A DNA stretch of 64,000 nt from Candidatus Australimonas brisbanensis (GCA_038147155.1 JAYQTA010000002.1:259595-323594), one strand, 5' to 3'. Shown: positions 27,164 through 36,779, numbered from the stretch's first letter. A program made the numbers and translations. Notes: generated from the sequence alone by a model not told the origin.

Positions 27164-28357
27164 CTAGGCTCCGGTCAGCGGCACCTGATGCCGCAGTACG
27201 ACCTCCCGCCCTTCGCGCGCCGACTCCAGCATGGACAGGCACACCTCCATGGTGGCGGCGGCCCACCGGCCACCGTGCACCACCGGCACGCCGTCGTTGA
27301 CGGTGGCCAGCAGTTCGTCGAGAACGTTGCCGCGCCCCGGCGTCCCGCGCCAAGGGGCGGGCGGCTCCAGCCGGAAGCCCTCATCAGCGTACACGCCCAC
27401 CCCGTCGGGCAGCAGGCGCAGGTCGGCCCGCTCACAGGTGAGCAGAAAGCTGCCCAGCTCCGGCTGCAGGAGCGAGCCGGAGCCCATCTGCTGCCCCTTC
27501 GAGGCCACCGGGTGCCCACCGCCGTAGCCCGTGTCCACGCGCAGGGCCACCTCCTCGTCCGGGCTGTCCACCCCTGCGAGGGCCCGGCGCGCCGCCCCGT
27601 AGCGACCGGGCTCGCGCCCCCTGCCGGAGGCGAGTTCGGAGGAATCGAAGTGGTCATAGCCCGTGTAGGAGAGCACCGCTACCGGCCCGCCCTCGAAGGT
27701 GAGCAGCCCTGCGTAGGCCCCCTCGGTGGGGCGCGCAGGGTCCAGCACAAAGGTGGAGGCGCGCACGCTGGAGGCCATGCCACCAGCAACGTAGCGCGCA
27801 GCGTCCACCTGGTGCGGTACCTGGTTGTACATGATGCCGCCGCCCAGCTCCGTCACCAACTCCTCGGGCCGGCGGGGGCGGTAGAGGAAGTCGGTATGGG
27901 CCGTGGCGCTGATCATGGCCAGTCGCCCCACCTGCCCGGAGACCAGCAGCTCACGCATCCGCAGCACGGCCGGGTTGAAGGAGGCGGTGTGGCCCACGAT
28001 GAGCGCCACGCCGGCGGCCTCGGCAGCCTCGGTCATGGCGAGGCATTCGGCCACCGTGAGGCCCATGGGCTTCTCCACCACGATGTGTCTGCCCGCCCGC
28101 GCCGCGGCGATGACGTGGGCCTCGTGGAACTGGTGGGGCGTGGCGATGTAGACGGCGTCCACGTTGGGGCTGGCGCACAGCGCCTCCACCGTTGGGTGCG
28201 TCTCGCCCTCGAAGTCGGCTCTGAAGCGAGCCAGATGCTCTGCGTGCAGATCGGCAGCCGCCGTCACCTCGATGCCGGGGTGAACGGCCAGCGCGGCCAG
28301 CATGCCCGCGCCCGCGCGCCCCAGCCCCGCGACCCCGACCCGCAGTGGTTGTGTCAT
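27164..28357 (-). CDS. Gfo/Idh/MocA family oxidoreductase
   Basis: MTQPLRVGVAGLGRAGAG..., VVEKPM. ATG 28357 lies after GGGGGAG. Confidence 0.85.
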   Translation of the reverse strand: MTQPLRVGVAGLGRAGAGMLAALAVHPGIEVTAAADLHAEHLARFRADFEGETHPTVEALCASPNVDAVYIATPHQFHEAHVIAAARAGRHIVVEKPMGLTVAECLAMTEAAEAAGVALIVGHTASFNPAVLRMRELLVSGQVGRLAMISATAHTDFLYRPRRPEELVTELGGGIMYNQVPHQVDAARYVAGGMASSVRASTFVLDPARPTEGAYAGLLTFEGGPVAVLSYTGYDHFDSSELASGRGREPGRYGAARRALAGVDSPDEEVALRVDTGYGGGHPVASKGQQMGSGSLLQPELGSFLLTCERADLRLLPDGVGVYADEGFRLEPPAPWRGTPGRGNVLDELLATVNDGVPVVHGGRWAAATMEVCLSMLESAREGREVVLRHQVPLTGA

Positions 28358-28370
28358 CTGGTCTCCCCCA

Positions 28371-28389
28371 CGCCCTCCGGGCGCTCGAT
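28371..28389. repeat. 19-bp direct repeat copy 1 (CGCCCTCCGGGCGCTCGAT)
   Basis: Identical copy at 28486-28504, and a partial third copy (GGGCGCTCAT) near 28447. Located in a divergent promoter region. Confidence 0.8.
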
Positions 28390-28485
28390 CGAAGGGGGAC
28401 TCCCCCTTCGGGCCTGCGGCCCTACCCCCGCCTCCTCGCCCTCGACGGGCGCTCATGGCAGCGAGCGTTCCGCCAGCGCTTTCAG

Positions 28486-28504
28486 CGCCCTCCGGGCGCT
28501 CGAT
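28486..28504. repeat. 19-bp direct repeat copy 2 (CGCCCTCCGGGCGCTCGAT)
   Basis: See copy 1. The spacing between copies is 115 bp. Confidence 0.8.
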
Positions 28505-28613
28505 GGGGTGGAGCCCCGTCGAGGACGGGCGCCAGCATACGCCCGGCGCACTTCCCCGCACAGCGCCGCGGGCTTAGGATGGCCCCCACGCAGCCAGGCC
28601 CAGGAGGCGCCCC

Positions 28614-29897
28614 ATGCTGAACGCCACCGATAACGAGCTGATCTCCCGTGTCGGCCCCGGCACGGTGATGGGCGAGTACGTGCGCCGCTTCTGGGTGCCG
28701 TGCCTGCTCTCCGAGGAGATACCGGAGCCCGACTGCCCGCCGGTGCGCGTGCGCATGTACGGCGAGGACATGGTCGCCTTCCGCGACACCAGCGGCAGGC
28801 CCGTGCTGCTGGACCGCTACTGCCCGCACCGCCTCGCCAGCCTCTTCTTCGGCCGCAACGAGCAGGACGGCCTGCGCTGCGCCTACCACGGGTGGAAGTT
28901 CGACGCCACGGGCGCATGCGTGGACATGCCCTCGGAGCCTGCCGACTCCAACTTCGCCGCCAAGGTGCAGGTGCGCTCCTACCCCGCCCAGGAGGCGGGC
29001 GGCGTGGTATGGGGGTACATGGGCCCGGAGGGCACCGCCCCACCGCTGCCGCAGCTCACCTGGGCGGGGGTGCCGGCGGCGAACCGCTACGTGTCCAAGT
29101 CGCTCCAGCAGGGCAACTGGCTCCAGGCGCTGGAGGGGGGGATAGACTCCTCCCACGTTTCGTTCCTGCACTCCACCCTGGACGCCACCCAGTTCCGCTT
29201 GGGCATCCAGGAAGAATCGCTGCGCATCGAGGCGCTCACCGACCCCGCGCCCCGCTACTTCGTGGACGAGACAGGCTACGGGGCGCGCTTCGCCGCACGG
29301 CGCACCATCGCCTCGGGCGACTACTACTGGCGCATCACCCAGTGGCTGCTGCCCTTCTACCAGGTCATCCCCGCCGAGCCCGGTGCGGTGGTGACGGGCA
29401 ACTGCTACGTGCCCATGGACGATGACAACACCCTGGTCTTCCGCATCTCCTGGCACCCGGACAGACCGCTGACCGAGCGGGAGGTTGCCGAGTACCAGAA
29501 CGGCGGGTTCTTCCACGCCGCGCGCATCCCCGGCACCTACCTGCCGGTGCAGAACCGTGAGAACGATTACCTCATCGACCGCCAGGTACAGCGCAGCGAG
29601 ACCTTCTCCGGCATCCATGGCATCCAGGCGCAGGACCAGGCCATGTTGGAGAACATGAAGGGTGGGACCATCTCCGACCGGCGCTACGAGCACCTGGGCA
29701 CCTCGGACATGGCCATCATCACCGCCCGCAGGCGGCTGCTGCGCGAGGCCAGGGCGCTGGCCAAGGGGGTCGAGCCCACCGCACCGCTGGACGGGGCGGT
29801 CTACGGGGCGCGGTCGGCATCGCTGCTGCTCGCCCCGGACGTGCCGTGGGAGGAGGCGGCGGCACCGCTGCTGGCCCCCCGCTCGGAGCGGGTGTAG
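28614..29897 (+). CDS. Rieske [2Fe-2S] aromatic ring-hydroxylating oxygenase (phthalate/VanA-type alpha subunit)
   Basis: CPHRLASLFFG...CAYHGWKF Rieske motif. AGGAGG SD. Confidence 0.9.
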   Translation: MLNATDNELISRVGPGTVMGEYVRRFWVPCLLSEEIPEPDCPPVRVRMYGEDMVAFRDTSGRPVLLDRYCPHRLASLFFGRNEQDGLRCAYHGWKFDATGACVDMPSEPADSNFAAKVQVRSYPAQEAGGVVWGYMGPEGTAPPLPQLTWAGVPAANRYVSKSLQQGNWLQALEGGIDSSHVSFLHSTLDATQFRLGIQEESLRIEALTDPAPRYFVDETGYGARFAARRTIASGDYYWRITQWLLPFYQVIPAEPGAVVTGNCYVPMDDDNTLVFRISWHPDRPLTEREVAEYQNGGFFHAARIPGTYLPVQNRENDYLIDRQVQRSETFSGIHGIQAQDQAMLENMKGGTISDRRYEHLGTSDMAIITARRRLLREARALAKGVEPTAPLDGAVYGARSASLLLAPDVPWEEAAAPLLAPRSERV

Positions 29898-29936
29898 CCT
29901 TGCGGCGATGACCTCCCTCGTCCCCACCTCCCACCC

Positions 29937-30830
29937 ATGCTAGGCGCGCTTCTGGCCATCGCCTCAGCCGCCACCTTCGGCTTCAACACCGCCGTTGTTC
30001 GCCGCTCCATGCTGCGCGCCAACCCCTACGTGCTCATCATCGTCTCCATCACCGGGGCCACGCCCGTGTTCGCCCTGCTCGCCTGGCTCACCGGCCAGTG
30101 GGCCAGGGCAGGGGAGCTGAGCATCAGCGGTTACGTGCTGCTGGCGCTGGCGGGGGTGCTCAACTTCCTGGGCGGGCGCTACTCCAACTTCCGGGCCATC
30201 AAGTCCATGGGCGCCAACCTCACCGCTCCCGTGCGCACCCTTAGCGTCCTGTTCGGCGTGTTGCTGGGGGTGTTTGCTCTGGGTGAGGAGGTGGGGCTGG
30301 TGCGCTGGTTGGGCATCGCCCTGCTGGTGGCCGCACCCCTGGTCGCCTTCTCCCAGCCGAGGGCCATGCAGCGCGAGTTCGCCTCAGGCTCGGCCCTCAA
30401 ACTGGCCGAGGGGCTCCTGTTCGGTCTCATCGCGGCCATCTCCTACGCAGGAGCCACCTACCTGCTGCGCTACGTTCTGGCCGGCACCGGCCTCAGCCTG
30501 CTGGGCGCGACGGTGGCGCATGGCGGAGCGGGGGTGCTGCTGGTGGCGAGTCTCGCCTTCCGGCGCAACCGCGACGGCATGCGCGCGCTGGACGCGACGG
30601 CCTGGCGGCTGTTCGGCGTCATCACGGCGACGATGGTGCTGGCGCAGGTGTTCCGCTTCAGTGCGGTGGAGACGGCGCCCATCACCGTGGTCTCCCCGCT
30701 CATCGAGACCATGGGCTTCTTCGGCGTGGGCTTCGCCTGGCTGCTGAACCGGGGGCACGAGTCGTTCAGCCCGCTGGTTCTGGTGGGCATCGTCCTCGCC
30801 GTGGCAGGCGCAACGGCCATCACGCTTTAG
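29937..30830 (+). CDS. EamA/DMT family transporter
   Basis: 297 aa, about 10 TM, two EamA-like halves. Confidence 0.85.
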   Translation: MLGALLAIASAATFGFNTAVVRRSMLRANPYVLIIVSITGATPVFALLAWLTGQWARAGELSISGYVLLALAGVLNFLGGRYSNFRAIKSMGANLTAPVRTLSVLFGVLLGVFALGEEVGLVRWLGIALLVAAPLVAFSQPRAMQREFASGSALKLAEGLLFGLIAAISYAGATYLLRYVLAGTGLSLLGATVAHGGAGVLLVASLAFRRNRDGMRALDATAWRLFGVITATMVLAQVFRFSAVETAPITVVSPLIETMGFFGVGFAWLLNRGHESFSPLVLVGIVLAVAGATAITL

Positions 30831-32137
30831 GCGGCGTCCTCGTTGGCGTAGCCCCGGAATGCGCCCGGCGCGTCCTCGCGCAATCGCAGCAGCGTGACCA
30901 TGGGCATGATGGCCAGCACTGCCCCAAACACGCCCACCGCCATGAATCCCACGTTCTCGGCCAACAGCCCCCCCAGCAGCGGGAGGCTGATGGCAAAGGC
31001 CGAGGCCAGTGAGTCGTTGACGCCCACCGCGCGCCCGCGCACCTGAGGAGAGGAGGTGTCGGCGATGACCGCCGTCGCGGCCACGAACACCGCGCTCCAC
31101 CCAACTCCCACCAGGAAGATGCCCAGGGTGATGGGAGCGTACAGCGGCAGGGCGGGCACCAGCAGCGCACCCACCACCGAGGTGAGTAGGCCACCCCACA
31201 GCAGGGGAAGGCGGCCCACCCGGTCGGCCAGGCGGCCCAGGGGGATGGAGAAGGCGTACATGCCCAGCACATGGAGCGTCACGGCGATGGACACGCTGGT
31301 CAGGCTGTGGCCGTGGTGCTTGAGCACCAGGGGCGTGGCCGCCATGAGCATGGACATGACGCCCTGGGCGGGCGCGTAACACGCGGAGGCCGCCGTGCGG
31401 GGGTAGGAGCGCAGGTACTCGCGGAAGGACATGCGGCCTCGGCCGCGGCGGGCGGGGGCAGCGGGCTGACCGGGCCAGTAGTCGGCTAGGTTGGTGGCGA
31501 TGGTCTTGGGGTCGGGTCGCACGGCCAAGACGATGAACACCGTGGGGAGCACGGTGCCGGGCACCAGCAGCCACGGCATCGCCAGCTCCGGTACGCCGGT
31601 GACGCCGGAAATGCGCTCGGATACGGCGATGAGCACGGGGGCGATCAGTGTGCCCATCAAGGAGCCCGTCAGCAGGTAGCCCAGCGCTTCTCCCCGGCGG
31701 GTGGGCGGGTACATGTCCGCCACGGCCACGCGCAGCTGCTGCGTTGCGCCCACGCCCATGCCGAACACGAACGCCCCCAGCAGGAACACGGGAAACGACT
31801 CCAGCAGCACCGAGGTGGCCAGCAGAGGGGCGCCCGTCATGCCGCAGGCCAGGCCCGCCAGCATGGCGGGACGGCGGCCGAAGGTGTCGGCCAGCTTGCC
31901 CAGGGGGTAGGAGATGAAGATGCGGCTCAGCTGCATGGCGCTGACACCGATGCCCGTGAGCAGCGCGGAGCCCGTCAGGTCCAGCACGATCAGCGCCCCG
32001 AGGGCCACCAGCATCTGGGTGCCGGAGCCCTGGAGCGCCTGAGCGAGGGCGAAGTAGACGGTGTTGCGTCGGATGAGGGCAGGGATGCGCGCTCGCGCGG
32101 ACGCGGCGGCACCCGCGGTGACGGTCGACTCGCTCAT
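30827..32137 (-). CDS. MFS transporter
   Basis: Starts MSESTVTAG.... 12-TM pattern. GKLADTFGRRP and GRLADRVGR loop motifs. Confidence 0.85.
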   Translation of the reverse strand: MSESTVTAGAAASARARIPALIRRNTVYFALAQALQGSGTQMLVALGALIVLDLTGSALLTGIGVSAMQLSRIFISYPLGKLADTFGRRPAMLAGLACGMTGAPLLATSVLLESFPVFLLGAFVFGMGVGATQQLRVAVADMYPPTRRGEALGYLLTGSLMGTLIAPVLIAVSERISGVTGVPELAMPWLLVPGTVLPTVFIVLAVRPDPKTIATNLADYWPGQPAAPARRGRGRMSFREYLRSYPRTAASACYAPAQGVMSMLMAATPLVLKHHGHSLTSVSIAVTLHVLGMYAFSIPLGRLADRVGRLPLLWGGLLTSVVGALLVPALPLYAPITLGIFLVGVGWSAVFVAATAVIADTSSPQVRGRAVGVNDSLASAFAISLPLLGGLLAENVGFMAVGVFGAVLAIMPMVTLLRLREDAPGAFRGYANEDAA

Positions 32138-32220
32138 GGCGTGCTCACGGGGACGGGGTGTGCCCACTCTAGGCCCGCACACTCACCCGCGCAACGGCGT
32201 GGGCACGCAGTCTCCGGTGA

Positions 32221-32226
32221 TAGGCT
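32221..32226 (+). promoter_or_regulatory. -10 box TAGGCT placed 7 nt from ATG 32234 (leaderless geometry)
   Basis: gtgaTAGGCTagggcgcATG. There is no SD. Confidence 0.4.
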
Positions 32227-32233
32227 AGGGCGC

Positions 32234-32635
32234 ATGAGCGAACAGGAGTCGGGCACGCTGTTCGAGCGGGTGGGGGGGATGCCCTTCTTCACCGCACTGG
32301 TGGAGCGCTTCTACCAGGGCGTGGCCGCCGACGCGGTGCTGCGGCCCATGTACCCGCAGGACTTGGAACCCGGCAAGGCGCACCTCGCACTGTTCCTGGC
32401 TCAGTATTGGGGCGGGCCGCCCCAATACTCCATGGAACGGGGACACCCGCGCCTGCGCGCCCGGCACGCCCCGTTCCCCATCGACAGCGCCGCCGCCGCC
32501 GCCTGGGTGCGCCACATGCGCGCCGCCGTCCGCGCATCGGACGCCCGCACTGTGGACCGAGCCCGGTTGATGGCCTATTTCAAGGGTACCGCCGCGTTCC
32601 TCATCAACCACCATGCGGAGTGGAGCGCGCGCTAG
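32234..32635 (+). CDS. glbO: Group II truncated hemoglobin
   Basis: LFERVGGMPFFTALVERFYQGVAADAVLRPMYP...HLALFLAQYWGGPPQYS...GHPRLRARHAPFPI. Confidence 0.85.
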   Translation: MSEQESGTLFERVGGMPFFTALVERFYQGVAADAVLRPMYPQDLEPGKAHLALFLAQYWGGPPQYSMERGHPRLRARHAPFPIDSAAAAAWVRHMRAAVRASDARTVDRARLMAYFKGTAAFLINHHAEWSAR

Positions 32636-33573
32636 GCGATATATCCCCGCTCCCGGTAGTAGCGCTCTGCGCCGGGGTGCAGCGGGGCGCCGGTGACCGC
32701 CACGTCCCACTGACGCTCGATGGGCCCGGTGAGCGAGGACCAATAGGTCGGCCGCACCAGCGGCAGGACCGGGTCCTGCCCGTAGGAGACCTGGATGGAC
32801 GCCGTCTCCACCTCACGCTTGCCCTCGTCGATGGCGCGAGCCAGGTTGTAGGCCACCTCATCGTCGAGGCTCGCGTTGCACGAGAGGACGATGTCCGAAT
32901 CGTCCAGCGCCCGCAGCGGGGCGGTGATGCCCGGCAGGTAACCCGCCGGGGTGATGGCCCGGCGCAGTCCCCGCGCCTCCAGCGCCACCATCTGCGGCTC
33001 GCCCACGTCCAGGAACCGGTAGCCGTGCGCCGCTGCCCACACCCAGGCCGAGAAGTCGTACGCCGACCCATCGCCGAACAACGCATCCAGCCGCCCGGCC
33101 CGGGCGCGCTCGGCCGCCTCCGCCGCGGTGTGCTCCATGGGCACGGCGCTCCCGCCCCACGCCTCGATGTCCTTGTAGGTGAAGCCGTAGGCCGCCAGCA
33201 CCTCCTCGGCGGCCCGTCCGCCCACGTGCAGCTCGGGCTTGCGCTGGGCGATCTCCTCGAAGGAGGTGATGTCGGTGTGCGGGGCCACGGCGAACAGGAA
33301 CCGGTCCTCCTGGGGCAGCCAAGCGATGGTGCGCAGCCAGGAGGCGGGCTCCCTGCCCGCGAAGGCCCCCACTCCGGTGTGCCGGTGCTGGTTGTTCACC
33401 GACTTGGTGAAGCACACGTCCACGGCACCGGAGGCCAACTCCGCGTAGGAGGGACGGCCGATCACGATGGTGGCGTCGATGGGCATCAGCGCGGCTAAGT
33501 TCTTGCCCATGGCCTGCGTGAACCGCAGTTGGGTGGACCAGGACGCGCCGAACCGGATGGACGTGGGTGGCAT
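32632..33573 (-). CDS. TAXI/NMT1-like substrate-binding-fold protein, no signal peptide
   Basis: ATG 33573 lies 4 nt after GAGGTG. The type II binding-fold assignment is by overall similarity and is tentative. Confidence 0.6.
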   Translation of the reverse strand: MPPTSIRFGASWSTQLRFTQAMGKNLAALMPIDATIVIGRPSYAELASGAVDVCFTKSVNNQHRHTGVGAFAGREPASWLRTIAWLPQEDRFLFAVAPHTDITSFEEIAQRKPELHVGGRAAEEVLAAYGFTYKDIEAWGGSAVPMEHTAAEAAERARAGRLDALFGDGSAYDFSAWVWAAAHGYRFLDVGEPQMVALEARGLRRAITPAGYLPGITAPLRALDDSDIVLSCNASLDDEVAYNLARAIDEGKREVETASIQVSYGQDPVLPLVRPTYWSSLTGPIERQWDVAVTGAPLHPGAERYYRERGYIA

Positions 33574-33648
33574 GGGGCACCTCGGGTTGGTTGCTCGGGC
33601 TCGCTCGCCGCGTGGCATACTACCGCAACCCCGCACCGGAGGAAGCCC

Positions 33649-34200
33649 ATGCCCCGCATCCCGTTGCTCACCGACAAGGACGCCCTGCCTGCCGCTCAAC
33701 AGGCGGAGGGACAGGCCATCATCGATACCCTGCACTCCATCCGTGGCCCTTTCGCCATCCTGCTGCGGAGTCCTGGCCTCGCTCAAAAGGTAATGGAGGC
33801 CGGGGCGCACGTGCGGCTCCAGACCTCGCTCACAATGGCCGAGCGTGAGACGGTGATCCTCACCCTGGCCCGCGAGAAGAACGCCACCTACGAGTGGGCG
33901 GCCCACGTGGGCGTGGCGCGCAAGAACGGCGTGCGGGAGGACGCCATCGAGGTGATGCGCCACGGCGCCGATCCGGCCGGCCTCCAGGACGACGAGCGCG
34001 ACATCATCACCTACGTGCGGCAGCTGGCGCGAGAGAACCGCGTGGAGCAGGGGCTGTTCGACGCGCTGCGGGGTCGGCACGACGAGCGCTGGCTCGTGGA
34101 GATCACCGCCACCGTGGGGCAGTACTGCTACATCATGGCCATCAACGGTGCCTTCGAGGTGCAGGCCGCGCCGGACAGCCCCGACAAGCTGCCCGTCTAG
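33649..34200 (+). CDS. Carboxymuconolactone decarboxylase (AhpD-like) family protein
   Basis: ATG 33649 lies 5 nt after GGAGGA. ERETVILTLAREKNATYEWAAHVGVARKNG. Confidence 0.8.
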   Translation: MPRIPLLTDKDALPAAQQAEGQAIIDTLHSIRGPFAILLRSPGLAQKVMEAGAHVRLQTSLTMAERETVILTLAREKNATYEWAAHVGVARKNGVREDAIEVMRHGADPAGLQDDERDIITYVRQLARENRVEQGLFDALRGRHDERWLVEITATVGQYCYIMAINGAFEVQAAPDSPDKLPV

Positions 34201-34203
34201 CGG

Positions 34204-34950
34204 CTATTCGAGCAGCCACCAGCGCCGGCGTGGGCGCTGGGTATAGGAGAGACCGAACCGGCTGACGGCGGCATCCCGGATGCGGGTGACCGCCTCGGCC
34301 GGATCATCGGTGACCACCAGGTCATCCAGGTCCTCGGCGTCGATGGCGCCCTCCGCCAGGAGCCGTTCACGCAGGAACCCCACCAGCGGAGCCCAGTACT
34401 CGGTGCCCATGAGCACCACGGGGTAGTCACGGGTCTTGCGGGTCTGCACCAACGTCGCGATCTCGAACAGCTCGTCCAGGGTGCCGTAGCCGCCGGGCAG
34501 GGCGATGAACCCGTAGGAGTACTTCACCAGCATCACCTTGCGGGTGAAGAAGTAGCGGAACTCCTTGTAGGTGTCCAGGTAGGCCGAGGGGCGCTGTTCC
34601 ATGGGCAGCTTGATGCCGCACCCCACCGTCTCGCCGCCCGCCTCCTTCGCACCCCGAGTCGCCGCCTCCATGATGCCCGGCCCGCCGCCCGTCATCACCG
34701 TGAAGCCCGCCCGCGCAAGCTCCTCGCCCACCGTCATCCCCATGCGGTAGGCAGGGTGGTCCTCGGCGAAGCGGGCAGAGCCGAACACCGTGACGCACGG
34801 GCCGACGAAGTGCAGGGTACGGAACGCGGAGAGCATCTCCCCGAAGGTGCGTACCGCCTGCACCAGGCCCGTGGAGCGATTCTCGTGGGCGAAGAGCAGA
34901 CGGGTCTCAGGGGTGGGCCGGCGGGGAACATCGAGCGAACCACGGGCCAC
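34204..34950 (-). CDS. LOG family (TIGR00730) nucleotide 5'-monophosphate nucleosidase
   Basis: GTG 34950 lies 6 nt after AGGAGG. VTVFGSAR, VMTGGGPGIMEA, PGGYGTLDELFE. Confidence 0.85.
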   Translation of the reverse strand: MARGSLDVPRRPTPETRLLFAHENRSTGLVQAVRTFGEMLSAFRTLHFVGPCVTVFGSARFAEDHPAYRMGMTVGEELARAGFTVMTGGGPGIMEAATRGAKEAGGETVGCGIKLPMEQRPSAYLDTYKEFRYFFTRKVMLVKYSYGFIALPGGYGTLDELFEIATLVQTRKTRDYPVVLMGTEYWAPLVGFLRERLLAEGAIDAEDLDDLVVTDDPAEAVTRIRDAAVSRFGLSYTQRPRRRWWLLE

Positions 34951-34983
34951 GGGGCACCTCCTGGTCTGGCCTCGGTAAACGAA

Positions 34984-35010
34984 CCGCGCCGGTCGGGTTG
35001 ACCGGCGCGG
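34984..35010 (-). terminator. 11-bp perfect GC hairpin followed on the minus strand by UUCGUUUA (weak U tract)
   Basis: CCGCGCCGGTC-gggtt-GACCGGCGCGG. Lies about 30 nt upstream of the LOG SD, downstream of the aldolase operon. Confidence 0.45.
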
Positions 35011-35137
35011 CGAGAATCGCAGTGGTCGTCCCTGCGGCACGGGGAAGCAGGAAGAACGCCGTTGCGAAGGCCGGGCGCGCCTGGTACGGGTCTGCCGCTG
35101 CGGGAACCTCGCCCGTCAGCCGCCCCTGTGCGCCGCG

Positions 35138-35159
35138 TATCGTTGCGTGCGCAACGATA
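35138..35159. promoter_or_regulatory. 10-2-10 perfect inverted repeat TATCGTTGCG-tg-CGCAACGATA (candidate operator)
   Basis: Read directly from the sequence. Lies in the 268-bp gap between the aldolase stop (35219) and the LOG start (34950). Confidence 0.35.
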
Positions 35160-35218
35160 GTAGAGGCCTTCCACCAACGGCGGGTGGAGCGATGGTGACG
35201 GGTCGGTGACAGTCCGGC

Positions 35219-35959
35219 CTACGTCCAGCCTCGGTTCCACGGCTCGCCCCGGCGCAGCTTGCGCTCGTAGTAGCGCCACTCGTCGGAGTGACCCGTCTTG
35301 GGGCGGTTGAGCGCCTTGCCGCGCTCACTCACCTTGGACAGGTTCTCCGCCAGCGTCTCCCGGTGGGCCTGGCTGATGCCCTCGAACCCCGCCAGGGTGG
35401 CGGCGTGGATGATCTTGGCCGTGCGCTCCATGTAAAGCGCCGTCACCGTGGCCTCGTCGATGGAGGAGCCCGCGGTGACGATGCCGTGCCCGTTGATGGT
35501 CATGCCCGGGGCCTTGCCAATGGTTCTCACCACCTGCTGTCCGTCGGCCACGTCCGAGACGTACACGGGCACCGGCAGCACTGGCAGCCCATCGCCGAAG
35601 CGCACCGACTGCAGATGCACCGCCGATATCTTCAGCCCCGCCAGCCCCGCCACGATGCACATGGGCGCGTGGGCGTGGACGATTGCGTTCACCTCGGGCC
35701 GCGCCTTGAACAGTTCCGTGTAGATGGGCGCCTCACCCGGCACGGTGCCCTCGCCGGAGAGTTTGTTGCCCTCGAAGTCGAAGTGGGTGAGCCAATCGGC
35801 GTCGGGATTCTCCTGCGCCACGCGCAGCAACTTGACCGCGATGCCCTTGTTGTCGGGCAGGCGCACACCCACGTGGCCGATGATGTCGCCGAACTCCCAC
35901 TCCAGCATGGCCGTGGCCAGGCGTAGGTCGGCCTCCAACTGTTCGATGTCCTCAGGCAT
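35219..35959 (-). CDS. Class II aldolase/adducin family protein
   Basis: ATG 35959 lies 5 nt after AGGAGG. IVHAHAPMCIVAGL, INGHGIVTAG. Confidence 0.85.
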   Translation of the reverse strand: MPEDIEQLEADLRLATAMLEWEFGDIIGHVGVRLPDNKGIAVKLLRVAQENPDADWLTHFDFEGNKLSGEGTVPGEAPIYTELFKARPEVNAIVHAHAPMCIVAGLAGLKISAVHLQSVRFGDGLPVLPVPVYVSDVADGQQVVRTIGKAPGMTINGHGIVTAGSSIDEATVTALYMERTAKIIHAATLAGFEGISQAHRETLAENLSKVSERGKALNRPKTGHSDEWRYYERKLRRGEPWNRGWT

Positions 35960-35968
35960 CACGCCCTC

Positions 35969-36720
35969 CTAGCGCAGGTGCTTCTCGTAGAACGCCCACA
36001 CCTTGCCCCACGCGTCGGCGGCCTGCTCAGGCCGGTGGGAGGCGCGCTCCCAGGCGAAGAAGGCGTGGCCCGCACCGTCATAGCGGTGGAACTCGTAGGT
36101 CTTCCCGTGCTTCTTCAGCTCCGCCTCGATGGCGTCCACCTGGGCGGGCTCGGGGTTGGCGTCGTCGTTGCCGAACAGACCCAGCAGCGGGCAGGAGAGG
36201 TTCGCCGTCATGGAGATGACGGGCACGGGCTGCTGGTGGTTGATGCGCTCGGGCGCGGGGATGACGTTCCCGCCCCAGCAGTCCACCGCCGCGTCCACGG
36301 CGATGTTGCACCCGGCCATGTAGGCCACGCGTCCGCCGGAGCAGAAGCCGATGATGCCCACCTTGCCCGTTGCCTCCGGCAGCGCGCGCAGGTGGTCGAG
36401 CGCGCCCTGCAGGTCGCCCAGCACGGCGGCATCGTTCTGCCCGCCCTCATCACGCACCCGGGCCGAGGCCTCGGCCGGGGTGCCGGGACCTGACGGTAGT
36501 GCAGGTTGGGCGCGATGGCCAGGTAGCCATGGTGGGCGAACCGGCGCGTGACCTCCATGCACCATTCGTCCCAGCCAGGCATGTGGTGCGCCACGATGAC
36601 CGCAGGGAAGGGGCCGGATCCCTCGGGCCGGGCCTCATAGGCGTTGATGACATCGCCGTTGTGCCCGGTGATCTCGATGGTGCGGGCGCTCATGGCGGGG
36701 TGGATGAAGCGCTCAGACAT
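35969..36720 (-). pseudogene. Dienelactone hydrolase family protein, single frameshift
   Basis: ORF 36208..36765 is good up to ...HHGYLAIAPNLHYR. ORF 35969..36565 is good from GPGTPAEASARVRDEGGQND...IIGFCSGG...DGAGHAFF. The frames switch near 36481-36498. The 752 nt is one base short of a multiple of 3. Confidence 0.75.
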
Positions 36721-36779
36721 GACTCTCTCCTGCGCGTGATGCGGGTTTGAGCGGGAGCATACCACCCCCGCAGCGGCTG

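Noticed and set aside
28371-28504. Direct repeats as a CRISPR array.
   Set aside because: Only two full copies exist, 115 bp apart. There is no regular repeat-spacer periodicity and there are no cas genes.
33649-34200. The AhpD-like/CMD protein, OsmC and Bcp as additional selenoproteins, since these families have known Sec forms.
   Set aside because: All three are uninterrupted ORFs with ordinary Cys codons at the redox motifs. No in-frame TGA is present.
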